Assembly: GCA_002633005.1 (NCBI GenBank)
Contig: NMRA01000238.1
Span: 1 to 64,000, forward strand
Length of the DNA: 64,000 nucleotides
Source of the DNA: Phoronis australis
Lineage: Eukaryota; Animalia; Phoronida
Reading direction: 5' to 3'
Numbering within the stretch: the stretch's first letter is position 1; the number at the start of each line of letters is the position of its first letter. Below, one piece after another: positions 40,001 through 54,200 of this stretch. The position numbers and the translations under genes are program-made. The notes under the pieces are model-generated. The model saw only the letters and a program-made list of their open reading frames with translations. It was not told where the DNA came from and ran no database searches.

Positions 40001-43000
40001 GCCACCTTGTCCAAGGGGTACGGGCAGTTGATGAACTTGGCCACGAACACACGACCCGAAGACTTCTCTACACAACGGTGAACCACGCCGAAAGCACCGC
40101 TAGAACACAAAGGGACTAAGAATGCACTATTCAGTTAGTGGTATTGTGATGCATTTCGTGGATACAACAATTTTACATTCTCGATTCTTATGGATGTCCT
40201 TTCACTTAACAACCAACGCCAATGCATGCTTTTTGTGAAGATTTTATCATGGCCACTCTAACTGCCAGTGTGAGAATGGCTCCCAATTCATCATGCAATT
40301 TTAAAAATGGCAGTCTGTCTATAGTAGTGTCAAAAGTGCATCATCTATGAATGTGACAAATATAATTGCATAAAAATTGCAATTGCCACTAAAGGCACAA
40401 CAGTTATCGAATCTGCGTAAGTTGTCCCATCCATGATACGGAAGTGTCTGCAAATTTTCCAGAATATCCTTCGAGAGGATTTAGATATAGCAGTGGACAC
40501 CGGTCGGAGATGACGGCAATAACCATCCACATGTGGGCACATGAAAAGTGACTGCATCAGACACGTTGAAAGATATCAACTGTGTAACTTTATCATCTCC
40601 ACTTACCTTCCTAATTCCTCCAGAATATCGTAGTAATCATAAACACTGCCAGACTTAATATCCACAGGTTTGGGCTTGTGTTTCGCCCACAGATCCTTGT
40701 CTGCAATAAACAAACACATAAATGAAAGAGCAACAACAGCTTGCAGACTTAAGTAAATTGTCAACGTTCGATGTGACACAAATTTGAGGGTTCTTGGTAA
40801 CCACCAGGAGGTGCTTATGAGCAAATGGTCTGGTACATTTATCATTTAATAATTGGAAACAAAAAACCGTTTATCAACATGGGGTCATTCTTAGTATAAG
40901 GGTGCTACATGATTTGAATGCATGTACTTCTGAGGCAGGAAAGTTGTTTTGCTAGCACCACCTAGTGGAGTTCAAGCTCATCATTCTACACGATACTCTT
41001 TTAAGGCGAGTGGGCAGTTTCTTGCTTTGTGACATGATGGATATGTTGGTGACATCACCATGACAACAATAACTACAAAATCACATAATTTTGTAAGTTA
41101 ACTGAAAAAGACCAAATGCATTATTTGTAACCATAAACAAAAATCAAGAACTGACCCTTTCAAGAAGACTTTTGGTACACTGTTCCTGTCATTAATTCGA
41201 TGCTAAGAAATAAAGCAATGTTACTTACAGAAAGAATCGTAGTTTTGTATTTTTGGTCCGTCGTAGGTACCTCGAACCTTGCGTCCAAACTCGTCTGAAA
41301 AATGTAAGAGCAGTTGGTTTTAATGAGTCCATATTCATGTTTTTCCATCAATTGAGTCAGAAATATGGAAAAGATCCTGACATGCCTTGGTACGTCTGAA
41401 CAACAAACAGTTACAATTGATTAGATGAACCAACAAAATGTTGCGGGGCATTTGCCACTTGTGATACATTTCGAGTGCGATGGACTCTTTGATGATTATT
41501 GAAAGGGGATTATTCTTTAAAAGTAGTGCACAGAACTGCTTTAATATCAACCAGCATCTATTTCAGTCGTTTTCATTATAATAGGCAGCAAACATCACAT
41601 TCAAGTAAAAACTGTTATGAGTAAAAACTGTTATGAGTAAAAACGACATCCTCACCTTCCTTGCCTCTTTTCTTGTTGGCCGGTTGCTCTGTCTTGATGG
41701 GATTTGTCGGCTCGCACGGCTCAGACCAACCATACAGATTGGCAGCAGACACACGGAACTCGTACTCTTTGTCGAGAGTCAGCGAGGAAACAGTCATATA
41801 GGTGAGTCTGGAAAAACAGAAACTGTTATGAGGTCAAGGCCTGAAAAGTGCAACACAACGTTATTTAACAATCTTATGTTAAGCGGACTCGCGAAATGTC
41901 AGATTTCCATGAAATGCTGTTGGTTTCGTAGTAAGCTAAATGAGCCGTTGTCACAACATGGCAACTGGTCACAAAATGGACAAGTGTTGTTCTCTCCGGC
42001 ATAAAATCTGATCTACTGAGTTTCATAAAGAGCCTTTATCTAACTTGGTAAATTATGAGGTAATTGCAAAAAATAAAACTGCCAATGAAGCTTGTAGCAG
42101 CAGTAGAAACTGTTCAAAATCAATGTCATCCAGCTTTCTGACATCAAAAAAACATTTGGCAAATTTCATACCAAGTCTTCAAACCATTCAGCAGATAAAA
42201 AGTCTGAAGGGAAAAATGTGAATGCTGAGATAGGGAAGAACAGACTATTCACTGGTGAACAGCACTTTTCATGAGGAACACACATTTTTACAGTGGTTCA
42301 AGGATGTCATCTGCTGCTTAAGTACAATGTCAAAGTGAGGCTCTTCCTTAGGTTGACCTCAGAATGATATCTCCGGCATGTATTAGCATTATGCCCTAGG
42401 TCATGTTTTCCTTGTTGGAATTTTATGTATTACAACCAGAAGCAAACAAATATGTCCCAGACTATTTTTGTGACTTATATTAAGCCAACCTTTTGGATCA
42501 AACATTTCATTTAAAATTGAAAATTTAAATTTTATGACAGCAAGAAATTAGTTTTACTTTATTTTTTAAGATGTCTGATACCTTATTCGGCAGTCATGTA
42601 TAATCACACCTTCAATATGGAGAAATATTTTACATAATATGCATGCTAAAAAAATCTTTAACTTTCGCTCTTGAATGTTGGCCACCACTTATAACTTCAT
42701 GTCAAATACTGGTTACATAAGAATTCTATTGATACCAGCTTACCTTTTAAAACCATGGGCTAGAATAAAAAACTGTCTCAGTCTATGAAAAGTGTTGGAA
42801 AAATTATAACGTTACTGTTTGAGCAATTGTTAAAATGTTTTGGTAACCATCTTGGAAATGACGCAGGTTTAACCCAGTGACGCAGGTTTAACCCAGTGGT
42901 CAGATTTTTGGTTGACTTTTCCCTGTAAATTGGTACAACCAATAGAGAGTAAACCACTCTACAACTCCTTGTTGCAATTTTGGTTGCTTTGAGCAGTTTT

Positions 43001-45214
43001 TTTCCACAGATTGACCTGTTCATGTTGATGAAGACCAGACTCATTGACAGGGTCATCATTTTATAAACCAAAGCAATATGGCAGCCTGGCTTTGTGACAA
43101 AAACACTTGACGGGTTAACTAGTTGGTACACAGGCGCTTTGAATGAAAGAGTACTTGATATCAAATTAATTGTACCTATCTACAGTTGAGATCTTTATTG
43201 AGTTACCATCGGGTTCTTGGATAACTCCACCATTGGGGTACTCTGGTCACTCCACAATGTATTGAGGTCACCTCAATAGTACCCCACAACGTCTATCTAA
43301 ACACCTACCTACAATTGGAGGCCTTTATCCATTTACCATCAGGACATTCACGTCTCTCCACCATGTACTCTATAACGCCACTTCCTCCATCGTGAGTAGG
43401 TGGCTTCCAGCTAAGATTGACAGATGTGTCATGGATGTTCTCAATTGTGAGGAATCGTGGGGGGCCAGGACGATCTGGAAGGACGCAATAGTGAACCATG
43501 CATTAGATCTTTTAAAATAATCCCTGAAGCTATTTAGCAGACATATGTGCCATGGATGTTCTCTGTGGAAGGAAGGTAAGGAAGGAGGCAATGATAGAGA
43601 GTGTATTAGATATAATTATAAAAAAAATTTTTGAGTTTGCTATTTTGCAGCACACATACATCATGAATGTTCTCAGTTGTTATGAACCTGGTAAGCCAGG
43701 ATGATCAAAAGAGTTTCTTAAAATGACACTAAACCCTGTTTTGGTGATATCAAACCTCATTTTGTGCCCTTCTAATGCATCATTGGTGTCCCACTTAAGA
43801 AAAGTGATGCGCTGTGTCACAAAATCGACATTAAGATACGGTGGTTGGTCTTGCCTAAATCGTAGTCATGCTTCCTGTTTAGCAGACTTTAAAAGGAGCT
43901 TTCAAATTTTGCAATTAACTTTTGAGGTTTGACAAGAGTCACACAGCATTATTTTGTTTGAGAGAACTGGATGTCAAAAGTCATTAATATCTTTCAACAG
44001 GCGAAAACCGGGTTTGGTATCCTTTTAAACTATTTATAGAAACTGACATAGACCACGTGCTTGGACAAAAGCAGCAGCAGCTTGCATGGCCATGACTAAG
44101 TGACGAGCGATGAAGCAGATGTTTAAACATAAGTAGTGGACAGTTTACATGCCCATGACCAAATGACCAGCGATGATACAGATAATTCTTCTATTGTACA
44201 CTTTACTGCAGCAATTCTAATACCAGTTTGAACTAACAAAAAGCTATGAGCAATCACTCACCAGCTGAGTGAAACACTGATCCAGAGTTAATGCATAATG
44301 CAAGACATTTGATCAGTCTTGGTCACCAAAGCGCAAAACCCACTTACCATTAATCTGTACTTTGACGATGGCCGTATCTGACCCAAGGTCATTAGTCAGT
44401 GTCAGACGGTATGGACCGGAGTCCTCATCAGAGCACTTCTTGACTGTCAAAATGGCGTGTCGTGGGCCCATTTCGGTGCTGTAACGGCTTCCCTTGCACT
44501 CGTCCAGCTCATGGAACCACTGAGCAGTTGGTTTGGGGTTGCCAGTGAAGGGGAGTTTAATGACCACGTTCTCACCACGGTCAAACACAGCCACATCCTG
44601 GAACCGGGCGGGCACTTTGATCTTGGGAGGAGCTGCAAGACAAGGGAAATAACAGTAAGTAAAATAACAAACACAGACAGAGATGCGATCTAAATAATTT
44701 TCCAGGCACTTACTAAATATGGCCACACCATAGACAAGTTTAGTCTCAATGGAGCGAAATTTATTGTCAGAGTAAATCAGGTGCCACAACCTCCACATCC
44801 TTTGCCCAAGTGATTGGTTTACCCTCGGAGTTGGTTTACACAAACAGCACAGGTTTGCTTTAAACACAGTAAAAGCCTTTAGACATTGAGAGATCGATTG
44901 AAAATAAGATAAGAAACCTATCTCACATTTAATGACCAACTCTGCTCTACTTGACCGAGACCCAGCATTTGTCGTCGCCTTCACAGTATACTCATCAGCA
45001 TCTTCCCCATAGATGTCATTAATTATCAGACAATGATTATCACCATCACTAAATATCTCGTACTTCTTACTCTCGCCCAACTCCCGTGTCCCCTTGAACC
45101 TAGAGCAGAGAAGTTAGAAAGTTTAATAATAATAACAATAATCAGTGTATAGTGATTGTGATTATGATAATGATAATAGTAATTATAGTAATAACAATAA
45201 TAATAAATATAATA

Positions 45215-45249
<35 letters not shown>

Positions 45250-48200
45250 GCAATATCAATAGAACTTGTTATGATGATGTAATAGTTTGACTATTTTACC
45301 CGTGACAGTCTACATCCACATTGATGGTACATTCATGGATCAGCACATTCAATTAAAATTCACCAAAAACTCGATTTTGTACATGACCGATATCAAGCGG
45401 AGCTATGTGGTCCAGACCAAGGAAAATCAAAAAAAAAAATAATAAAAAAAAAAAATAACAAAAAATTATCAACACCAAAAGGCCAATATTGACTTGCAAC
45501 TTGCACCTACCACTGAATATCTGGCTTGGGTTGACCAGCGATTTCACATTCAAATTTCACCGAGCGCCCTTCTGTTCCCTGTACCTTGTTGAGGGGACGA
45601 ATTACTTCAGGCAGTTTGGCAGCTGAAACAGTGATTCAGACCATAATGAAATGATTTAGAAATATATTGTGTTCACAAGGAAGACACAGATGGAAGTCCT
45701 CATATGACAAAATATCTATTATCTCCCTTGGTGCAGCCAATAGCCAATAAATGGACAAGTGACAAGCCATGCAATAAGCCAGCTGCCATCTATTCACTCG
45801 GCCATTGTGTTCTGGTCATCACAGACCCTTTACTGATGTCACCAGACCTTTAGACAAGTCAACTAGTTCAGTTAAATATACCCACCATCACAACCTGTAT
45901 GGTGAGTACATGGGAATAACCCTGGTTTTGGAATGAAACAGCCAGAACAGTGATCCTGGATAAAACATTCTGAGGGAAGCTTGGTACAATAGAGACACAC
46001 AACATAGTCCAACAGAGCATGTTTCACGATGTCAACAACTCTCTACAGGATGACTTTACAGACAGTAATCTCTCGACAAATTCACACAAAAATAATTACC
46101 AAAACTGCTATGCTTCCATTTTGAAAGTCCACAAACAATGCTATAACTTTACAGTTTCAACAAAGTTTTTCTTTAACTATACCTGTTCAGCAGTAAATAT
46201 GGTAATAATTCAGTAAACGGTCTCATGTGTTGCTATCTTAGCACGTCTACCTGGTGGTAGAGAAGCCTTAGATGAGCTAAGTTCAAAACCCCCAGCCCTA
46301 TGAAGTGGCAATCATTCAGACAATTCGTGCCAAGGAGAAGAAAACATAAGGTATAACTTTAAGGTTATGTAGGACATTATCGACAAGCATGCACACGTAG
46401 CCTAATATCTACAACATTAAGCTATTAATAGAACTTAGCTAAGCAAAAGTAGTGAAAGTAGAAATTTCAAAGAATTTGATTTTCTGCCATTAATTAGGTC
46501 ATGTAAAAAGCCTTTAAGTAAAATTTACTATATAAAAAAGAAAGGAACATATTCACTCAAACCTGGAACAAATTTCATATGCTACAAATGTTTAAGATAA
46601 AATCTCAAATGAATCAAACAAATCCTATTTTTATAGCTCCTCATGCAAAAATTGGAGCATTTTAAAAACAATTCCTACCAACATGTTGGATAACAGTGGA
46701 TAAAGTATAACACTTGAAAGTTTCAAGTAAATCTGACCAGCAGTTTCTGAGGTGTAATGTTCCGAAGTTGACCAGAATTGAATTTTTGTAAGGTCCTACA
46801 TAACCTTTAAATGTGTTTTGTTAAGCGTTTTACCTTTGGGATCCCTGACCACAGTGCGATCAGATGGCGTTGATGGTTTACTCAGACCCGACTCATTCTC
46901 AGCAATGATCCTGAACTCATAGGACTTGTCTTCAATTAGATTAGGCACGTTAAACATGGTGGTAATGCAGGGCTGCTGGTTACAGCGATTCCAGTCACCG
47001 TTAGTGTCCAGGTCGCGTTTCTCGACATAGTAACCTGTGATCTTGCCACCTCCATCGTTGCTCGGCTTGGCCCAACTCAGACTTACAAAGTCTCCGCCCA
47101 CTTCGGCCACCTCAGGGGCAGTGGGCGCTCCTGGTGCATCTGCAAATCAGGAATAAGATAAAAACCTTCCCACCTTTCTCAAAACCTCAAGTAAAAAACT
47201 CTGTATTCCCAGTTCATCCACACATAAAAAACAGGACAGAAGTGCTGTCATCACATGTCAATCCCTTAGCTTCAGCCCTCCAGCACAATATGAGATCACA
47301 CTCAATTGGCTCCAATACTCACCAAATGGTAACTTAGCAATGATAGAATTGGGAGCTTCCAACCAATCTCCACGACCATTGGCATTGCAGGCTGCCACTC
47401 TGAACAGGTATTCACCATTCTCGACCAATCCCTGGACATCAAATGAGGGGGCCTGGAAACAAACACAAAATTTCTTTGAAATTCACCACTTAAGTCAAAG
47501 GAATAGCCAAAGCTGCACCCCATAGACCCCGAAACATTAGTCTACACTTACAGTGAGAAATCTTCCCTTATGGAAAGGAAAGAATGAATTCTATCCCATA
47601 ACCCAGCATTCCAACCTCACCGACCAATCACTTCAGTGGCCGACAATTTGCTAGATTACACTAAGAACGTTTCAGGTATTCTTGTGAAACAATTGTCTTT
47701 CAGACTTTGCAACCAGTGGTCAAAGTACCTTGCATCTAGATGCCACTGTAGTCCAGTAAGGTTTGGACACATCCTTGCGTTCCACCACGTAGTGCGTAAC
47801 CTTGCTCCCTCCATCATCGCGAGGAGGTTTCCATGACAGATGGGCTGCATTCTTGGTGATCTCACTTGCTTCCAGAGGGCCTGAGCATGGGCCGGGAGTG
47901 GCTATAAAAACAGACAGGTATATCTTTAGATTTCATAAAAGCATTNAGCGCCCTTCTGTTCCCTGTACCTTGTTGAGGGGACGAATTACTTCAGGCAGTT
48001 TGGCAGCTGAAACAGTGATTCAGACCATAATGAAATGATTTGGAAATATATTGTGTTCGCAAGGAAGACAAAGACACAGATGGAAGTACTCATATGACAA
48101 AATATCTATTATCTCCCTTGGTGCAGCCAATAGCCAATAAATGGCCAAGTGTCAAGACATGCAATAAGCCAGCTGCCATCTATTCACTCGGCCATTGTGT

Positions 48201-51200
48201 TCTGGTCATCACAGAGCCTTTACTGATGTCACCAGGCCTTTAGACAAGTCAACTAGTTCAGTTAAATATACCCACCATCACAACCTGTATGGTGAGTACA
48301 TGGGAATAACACTGGTTTTGGAATGAGACAGCCAGAACAGTGATCCTGGATAAAACATTCTGAGGGAAGCTTGGTACAATAGAGACACACAACATAGTCC
48401 AACAGAACATGTTTCACGATGACAACAACTCTCTACAGGATGACTTTACAGACAGTAATTTCTCGACAAATTCACACAAAAATAATTGCCAAAACTGCTA
48501 TGATTCTCTTTTGAAAGTTCACAAACAATGCTATGACTTTACAGTTTCAACAATTCAAGTTTTTCTTTAACGATACCTGTTCAGTAGAAAATATGGTAAT
48601 AATTCAGTAAACGGTCTCATGTGTTGCTATCTTGGCACGTCTACCGGGTGGTAGAGAAGCCCTAGATGAGCTAAGTTCAAAACCCCCAGCCCTACGAAGT
48701 GGCAATCATTCAGACAATTCGTGCCAAGGAGAAGGAAACATAAAGTATAACTTTTAGGTTATGTAGGACGTTATCGACAAGCATGCACACCTCGCCTAAT
48801 ATCTACAACATTAAGCTATTAATAGAATTTAGCTAAGCAAAAGTAGTGAAAGTAGAAATTTCATAGAATTTGATTTTTGACTTAATACCAAACTGCCGTT
48901 AATTAGGTCATGTAAAAAGCCTTTAAGTAAAATTTACTATTTAATATAAAACAGAAAGGAACATATTCACTCAAAACTGGAACAAATTTTGTATGCTAAA
49001 AATGTTTAAGATAAAATCTCAAAAATGCTGTAACAGTTTTCTAAATAATCATTTCATGAAAATCAAACAAATCCTATTTTTTGATAGCTCCTCACGCAAA
49101 AATTGGAGCATTTTAAAAATAATTCCTACCAACATTTTGGATAACAGTGCATAAAGTATAGTACTTGAAAGTTTCAAGTGAATCTGACCAGCAGTTTTTG
49201 AGGTGTAATGTTCCGAAGTTGACCAAGAATTGAATTTTTGTAAGGTCCTACATAACCTTTAAACGTGTTTTGTTAAGCATTTTACCTTTGGGATCCCTGA
49301 CCACAGTGCGATCAGATGGCGTTGATGGTTTACTCAGCCCCGACTCATTCTCAGCAATGATCCTAAACTCATAGGACTTGTCTTCAATTAGATTAGGCAC
49401 GTTAAACATGGTGGTAATGCAGGGCTGCTGGTTACAACGATTCCAGTCACCGTTAGTGTCCAGGTCGCGTTTCTCGACATAGTAACCTGTGATCTTGCCA
49501 CCTCCATCGTTGCTCGGCTTGGCCCAACTCAGACTTACAAAGTCTCCGCCCACTTCGGCCACCTCAGGGGCAGTGGGCGCTCCTGGTGCATCTGCAAATC
49601 AGGAATAAAGATAAAAACCTAAGTTTCCATCTTTCTCAAAACCTCAAGTAAAAAACTCTGTATTCCCAGTTCATCCACACATAAACAACAGGACAGAAGT
49701 GCTGTCATCACATGTCAATCCCTTAGCTTCAGAATTCAGCCCTCCAGCACAATATGGGATCACACTCAATTGGCTCCAATACTCACCAAATGGTAACTTA
49801 GCAATGATAGAATTGGGAGCTTCCAACCAATCTCCACGACCATTGGCATTGCAGGCTGCCACTCTGAACAGGTATTCACCATTCTCGACCAATCCCTGGA
49901 CATCAAATGAGGGGGCCTGGAAACAAACACAAAATTTCTTTGAAATTCACCACTTAAGTCAAAGAAATAGCCAAAGCTGCACCCCATAGACCCCGAAACA
50001 TTAGTCTACACTTACAGTGAGAAATCTTCAGTTATGGAAAGGAAAGAATGAATTCTATCCCATAACCCAGCATTACAACCTCACCGACCAATCACTTCAG
50101 TGGCCAACAATTTGCTAGATTACACTAAGAACGTTTCAAGTATTCTTGTGAAACAATTGTCTTTCAGACTTTGCAACTAGTCGTCAAAGTACCTTGCATC
50201 TAGATGCCACTGTAGTCCAGTAAGGTTTGGACACATCCTTGCGTTCCACCACGTAGTGCGTAACCTTGCTCCCTCCATCATCGCGAGGAGGTTTCCATGA
50301 CAGGTGGGCTGCATTCTTGGTGATCTCACTTGCTTCCAGAGGGCCTGAGCATGGGCCGGGAGTGGCTATAAAAACAGACAGGTATATCTTTAGATTTCAT
50401 AAAAGCATTCAAAATTCCATTAATTTAAGACTGGGTGCAAGGTCACATTCATGGTCTCATACAATTGATAAAATTCAAACTAAAAGGTGCTTTGAAGGCC
50501 TACTGATAATCAATGCCCTTGCTGTTGTTGAACAAGATATCCTCTGTAGTGCCATAACTTCCAGCCTGGGACAGAGTAGAAAGTCAACTTCATAACATAT
50601 CTTTCACAAGGAAATGGGAAGTGGGAACATAGAAAGTTACGGTGGGCCTCAACCTCTTGCCAACTTTTGACTATGATAGCAAAAATAATGACAACATGAT
50701 TAAATACAAAGTTTTCTTTTGAGACTTACCAAGAACTTTGAGTTTCAGCGGGACTTCTGTAACGCCACCATCGTTTTCAATCTCCACCTTGTAAGGCCCA
50801 TCATCTTCCTTCTGAACATCTAAAATTGAAAGATTTAAACCAAATTATTTGTTTGGTACACAAAGCCACTAGATCAAATGACAAGGAACCATGTTTGAGT
50901 CATGTTATACAATGATTCTTGCTCTTTAAGAGACAAATGCATTAACTTAAAGTATTGTGCTGTTTTGTTGGTGGCCACTGGTAGTGCATGGGAATAAGTT
51001 AATGAGTCTTGTCAGCCAGGTATGTTCCCATAAGTCTCATGCGCTGTCACCCACATATTTGATTATGAGCCTAATTTGTTTCAGATACCGGCAAAGAAAA
51101 GAAAATATTTGCGTCGCATTTGGAAAGTGAAGTTATTTCCCTTTGGAGACAAAAATTTCCGGGTGTATATTAAGCTGATCGCGTCTATCACATACTTTCA

Positions 51201-54200
51201 TATCCCACAAGCACTTTTCCTTGTCCATTTTTGGCAAATCATTGATTTGCACTTAAGATATCCCAAGCCCGTCTACAACCATCCTTCTACTTTCGTTTGC
51301 AAGGAATGTTTGTGGGACAAGGTGGCGGATGATAGTAATGTTTCCACACCCTTACTGGATTAATAGCTTAGTGAAACTGTATCCACTGAACAATTGGTTA
51401 CAATAAAATGCATGGAATTCCCCTGAAGACTTTTATGCTTTGGAGGCTGAAACTAACATGTGTTGACAAGCTAAATGATTCTGGTATGAAACAACAGTCA
51501 GTTCTTGTTAAGACTACAAACAATTTCTAATCTGTGGAATGAACAACTACTAGCACCAAGCTCATAACGTTCAGTGGTCAAGATATAACATTGTTTTTTT
51601 CACGAAAGGCACAAGTTTATTGCACTTTGAACAAACACCGACTTACATTGAAACACCCACATTCAAAGACAAGTGAAATATATTTTGGAGACAACAATGT
51701 GGATAACTTTATTTCACTAGGAGCTAAACATCTTATTCAACCAATGTATCACTAACCTTGTAGCACAATAGTTGCATAGTCATCCATGGGGCTTATCTTC
51801 AATCTGTCGACGTGCACTGGACGGCCATTTTTGAGGAGACGAACTTTTACTGGCCCGTCGCCACGGTAATGAACTTTGACCTTCATGGTGTCACCCTCCT
51901 CCAGTTTCTGGTCAGGAATATCACTGACTACCTTGGGAGCGCCTGACCATTTGGGAGGTACACAATAATGTTCATAATTCTTGCTATTAACAGTATGTTG
52001 TCAAAGGCTGAATACTACTGAATACTGCTAAACTAGCTGGAGTCCATCTCTACCCCTAGTGATAGGAAACGATACACTTAAGAATTCACTTTAGAGTTAT
52101 GGTTAGCCTATTTAGCACTATACACTGTGTATATAGCCTTATACAAAATAACATTTGGTTATGTATTAGCTAATGTAACACTAATTTCCTGCATATACTA
52201 AGTCTGTGGTCCAGCTACAATTTTAGGAGATTGATTTTTGTAATTGGTGCATAAAATTTTCATTGACTGCTCGGGCCAATGAGTGCACTAAAATTGTGTC
52301 GCAACTGCACCCGATATTATTTTTAATTCTGGTAAAATCTCACCAATTTAGGACACAACATGGCGGACAAGCGAAATTTTATTTTTTTTTGTTTTTTCCC
52401 CTGATAGATATGTAACTGCACTAACTATTAGTAAATGCTTCTAGACATTCAAGGCTTGTACCATCGCTATCACCTGGCAATATTCTGAAAAAATGTCAAC
52501 ATCCACAACAATGCTAGAAGCACTGAAAAAGTGAAAAGCGAAAAAACGGGCATTTAAATAATTCAGTAATTATTTTTATCCGACATTAGTAACCAAAACA
52601 ACAGTGTTACAGACATGTTGCTTAGCAAATTGTGAGAATACAACTGTCAAGTGTGGGCTTCAGTTTTCAACTGAAATACAATTAGGTGCTTAAACCATTC
52701 ACTTTACATGCAATGCACTTAGGTAGCATACAAAACCACACACAGTAAAATCCCGCCTTCTCCCCAGGAAAAATCCAATTTGAAAAAGGACAGCACATAT
52801 TAACATGGCCCACAAGGTCTCCAACTTGGCCAGTCTCTAAAATGATCCCTGGTGACTTTACATTAAATAACCCTGGATGTTGGGCAAGAATCAACAAAAT
52901 GTTGAAGGTGAATGGCATTACACAAAGCTTCTTGACGTAAACTATAACTTGGGTAAATTCAAGTGGGAATGGCACAAATTTGTTATTTTTTTTTACTGAG
53001 ACATCATAAACACAAAAAACAAAGCATTACCTTTTACAGTCAACGGTGCAGAGGTTGTCTCCTTGCCGACAGGGTTCGAGAGTTCACATGTGTACTCTCC
53101 GGCATCATTGGGTGTGCAGTCTTGAATGACTAATGAAGCCATACCATCACCTTCCAGAACACGGCAGCGACCAGCAGGGGTGGGGAATATCTCGACACCA
53201 TTCTTAAACCTGCAGGAATGATGAGACTGATACGTTTGGAATACAACAATAATGGTAATAACTGTCATTATAACTACTATAACTACTTCAAATTGAAAAA
53301 CAAAAACACGGCCAGCACTTTATATACTATCATACACATTATAGATTGGCTTGTGAATACAATCTGGGATACAATGTACTAGCACAAATTATGACCGTCA
53401 GTATGTTTCTTACAGATTACTGTTTTTCCACACATTTCATGGCTAAGTGTCCGTTCCTACTCATCCAGCCTGGTTAAACTTTCAATTTCAATGTCAAAAA
53501 AGTTACTGTGGCTGTCCCAAATGACAAGTCTGATGTAGCTTAAGCATGTAATCAATTTCAAGATAACCAAACAATGGCCACTACAAGAGAAACGAAATTC
53601 AAACTTAGAGAAAACATGTATAATACGGTGACGTGCTATGGTTGACAAAAGTGGTGAAAATTAGTAATTAAAAGGAAACAACTATGGTTTACCATCTAAT
53701 AGTGGGACTGGGTTCCCCAGAGAAGTTGACTGTGAACTGTGCCTCGGCTCCAGCAGGCACCTTAGCTGCCTGCATTCCTTTATCAAACTCTGGCACCTTG
53801 CCAACTGCAATTCAGAACAACAGTAACTTTAATATTTAGTAAATCTGTGGGTTATCAGCTCATTACAAAATGAGGAGTTACTAGACATCTTTTTTCAAAA
53901 ATCGCGATGATCTAAAATACTCTTTGCAAACCTTCACAGTCACGCTATGTACTGTGCAAACACAGAGGTGAACTGTGTGACAAACATGAAGACTTGGTGA
54001 AATATTAATCAGGTGATAAGAGGACTAAACAAAAGTCTTATTCATTCACACAATAAGCGTCCACTGGACAACTACTTAGCATATGCCACTTACTGACTTT
54101 TTCTTTAATCTTAATGGGCGTTGTCGGCTCACTAAAATCGCCGGTACCAGCTGCATTAATGGCTGCCACTCGGAACTCATAGTCAGCGCCCTCTGTCAAG

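Larger units (their letters stand above)
45563..50409. repeat. Tandem duplication 45563-47945 / 47947-50409 separated by one N (probably two alleles)
   Basis: Near-identical copies with scattered SNPs and indels; the junction is exactly the N at 47946. Confidence 0.9.

Noticed and set aside
41340-41395. Alternative acceptor upstream of the linker exon
   Set aside because: No matching donor, and extension is out of frame with the linker peptide.
45563-50409. A novel twitchin with two extra FnIII domains
   Set aside because: The junction at a single N and the mid-exon break point to an allelic assembly artefact.
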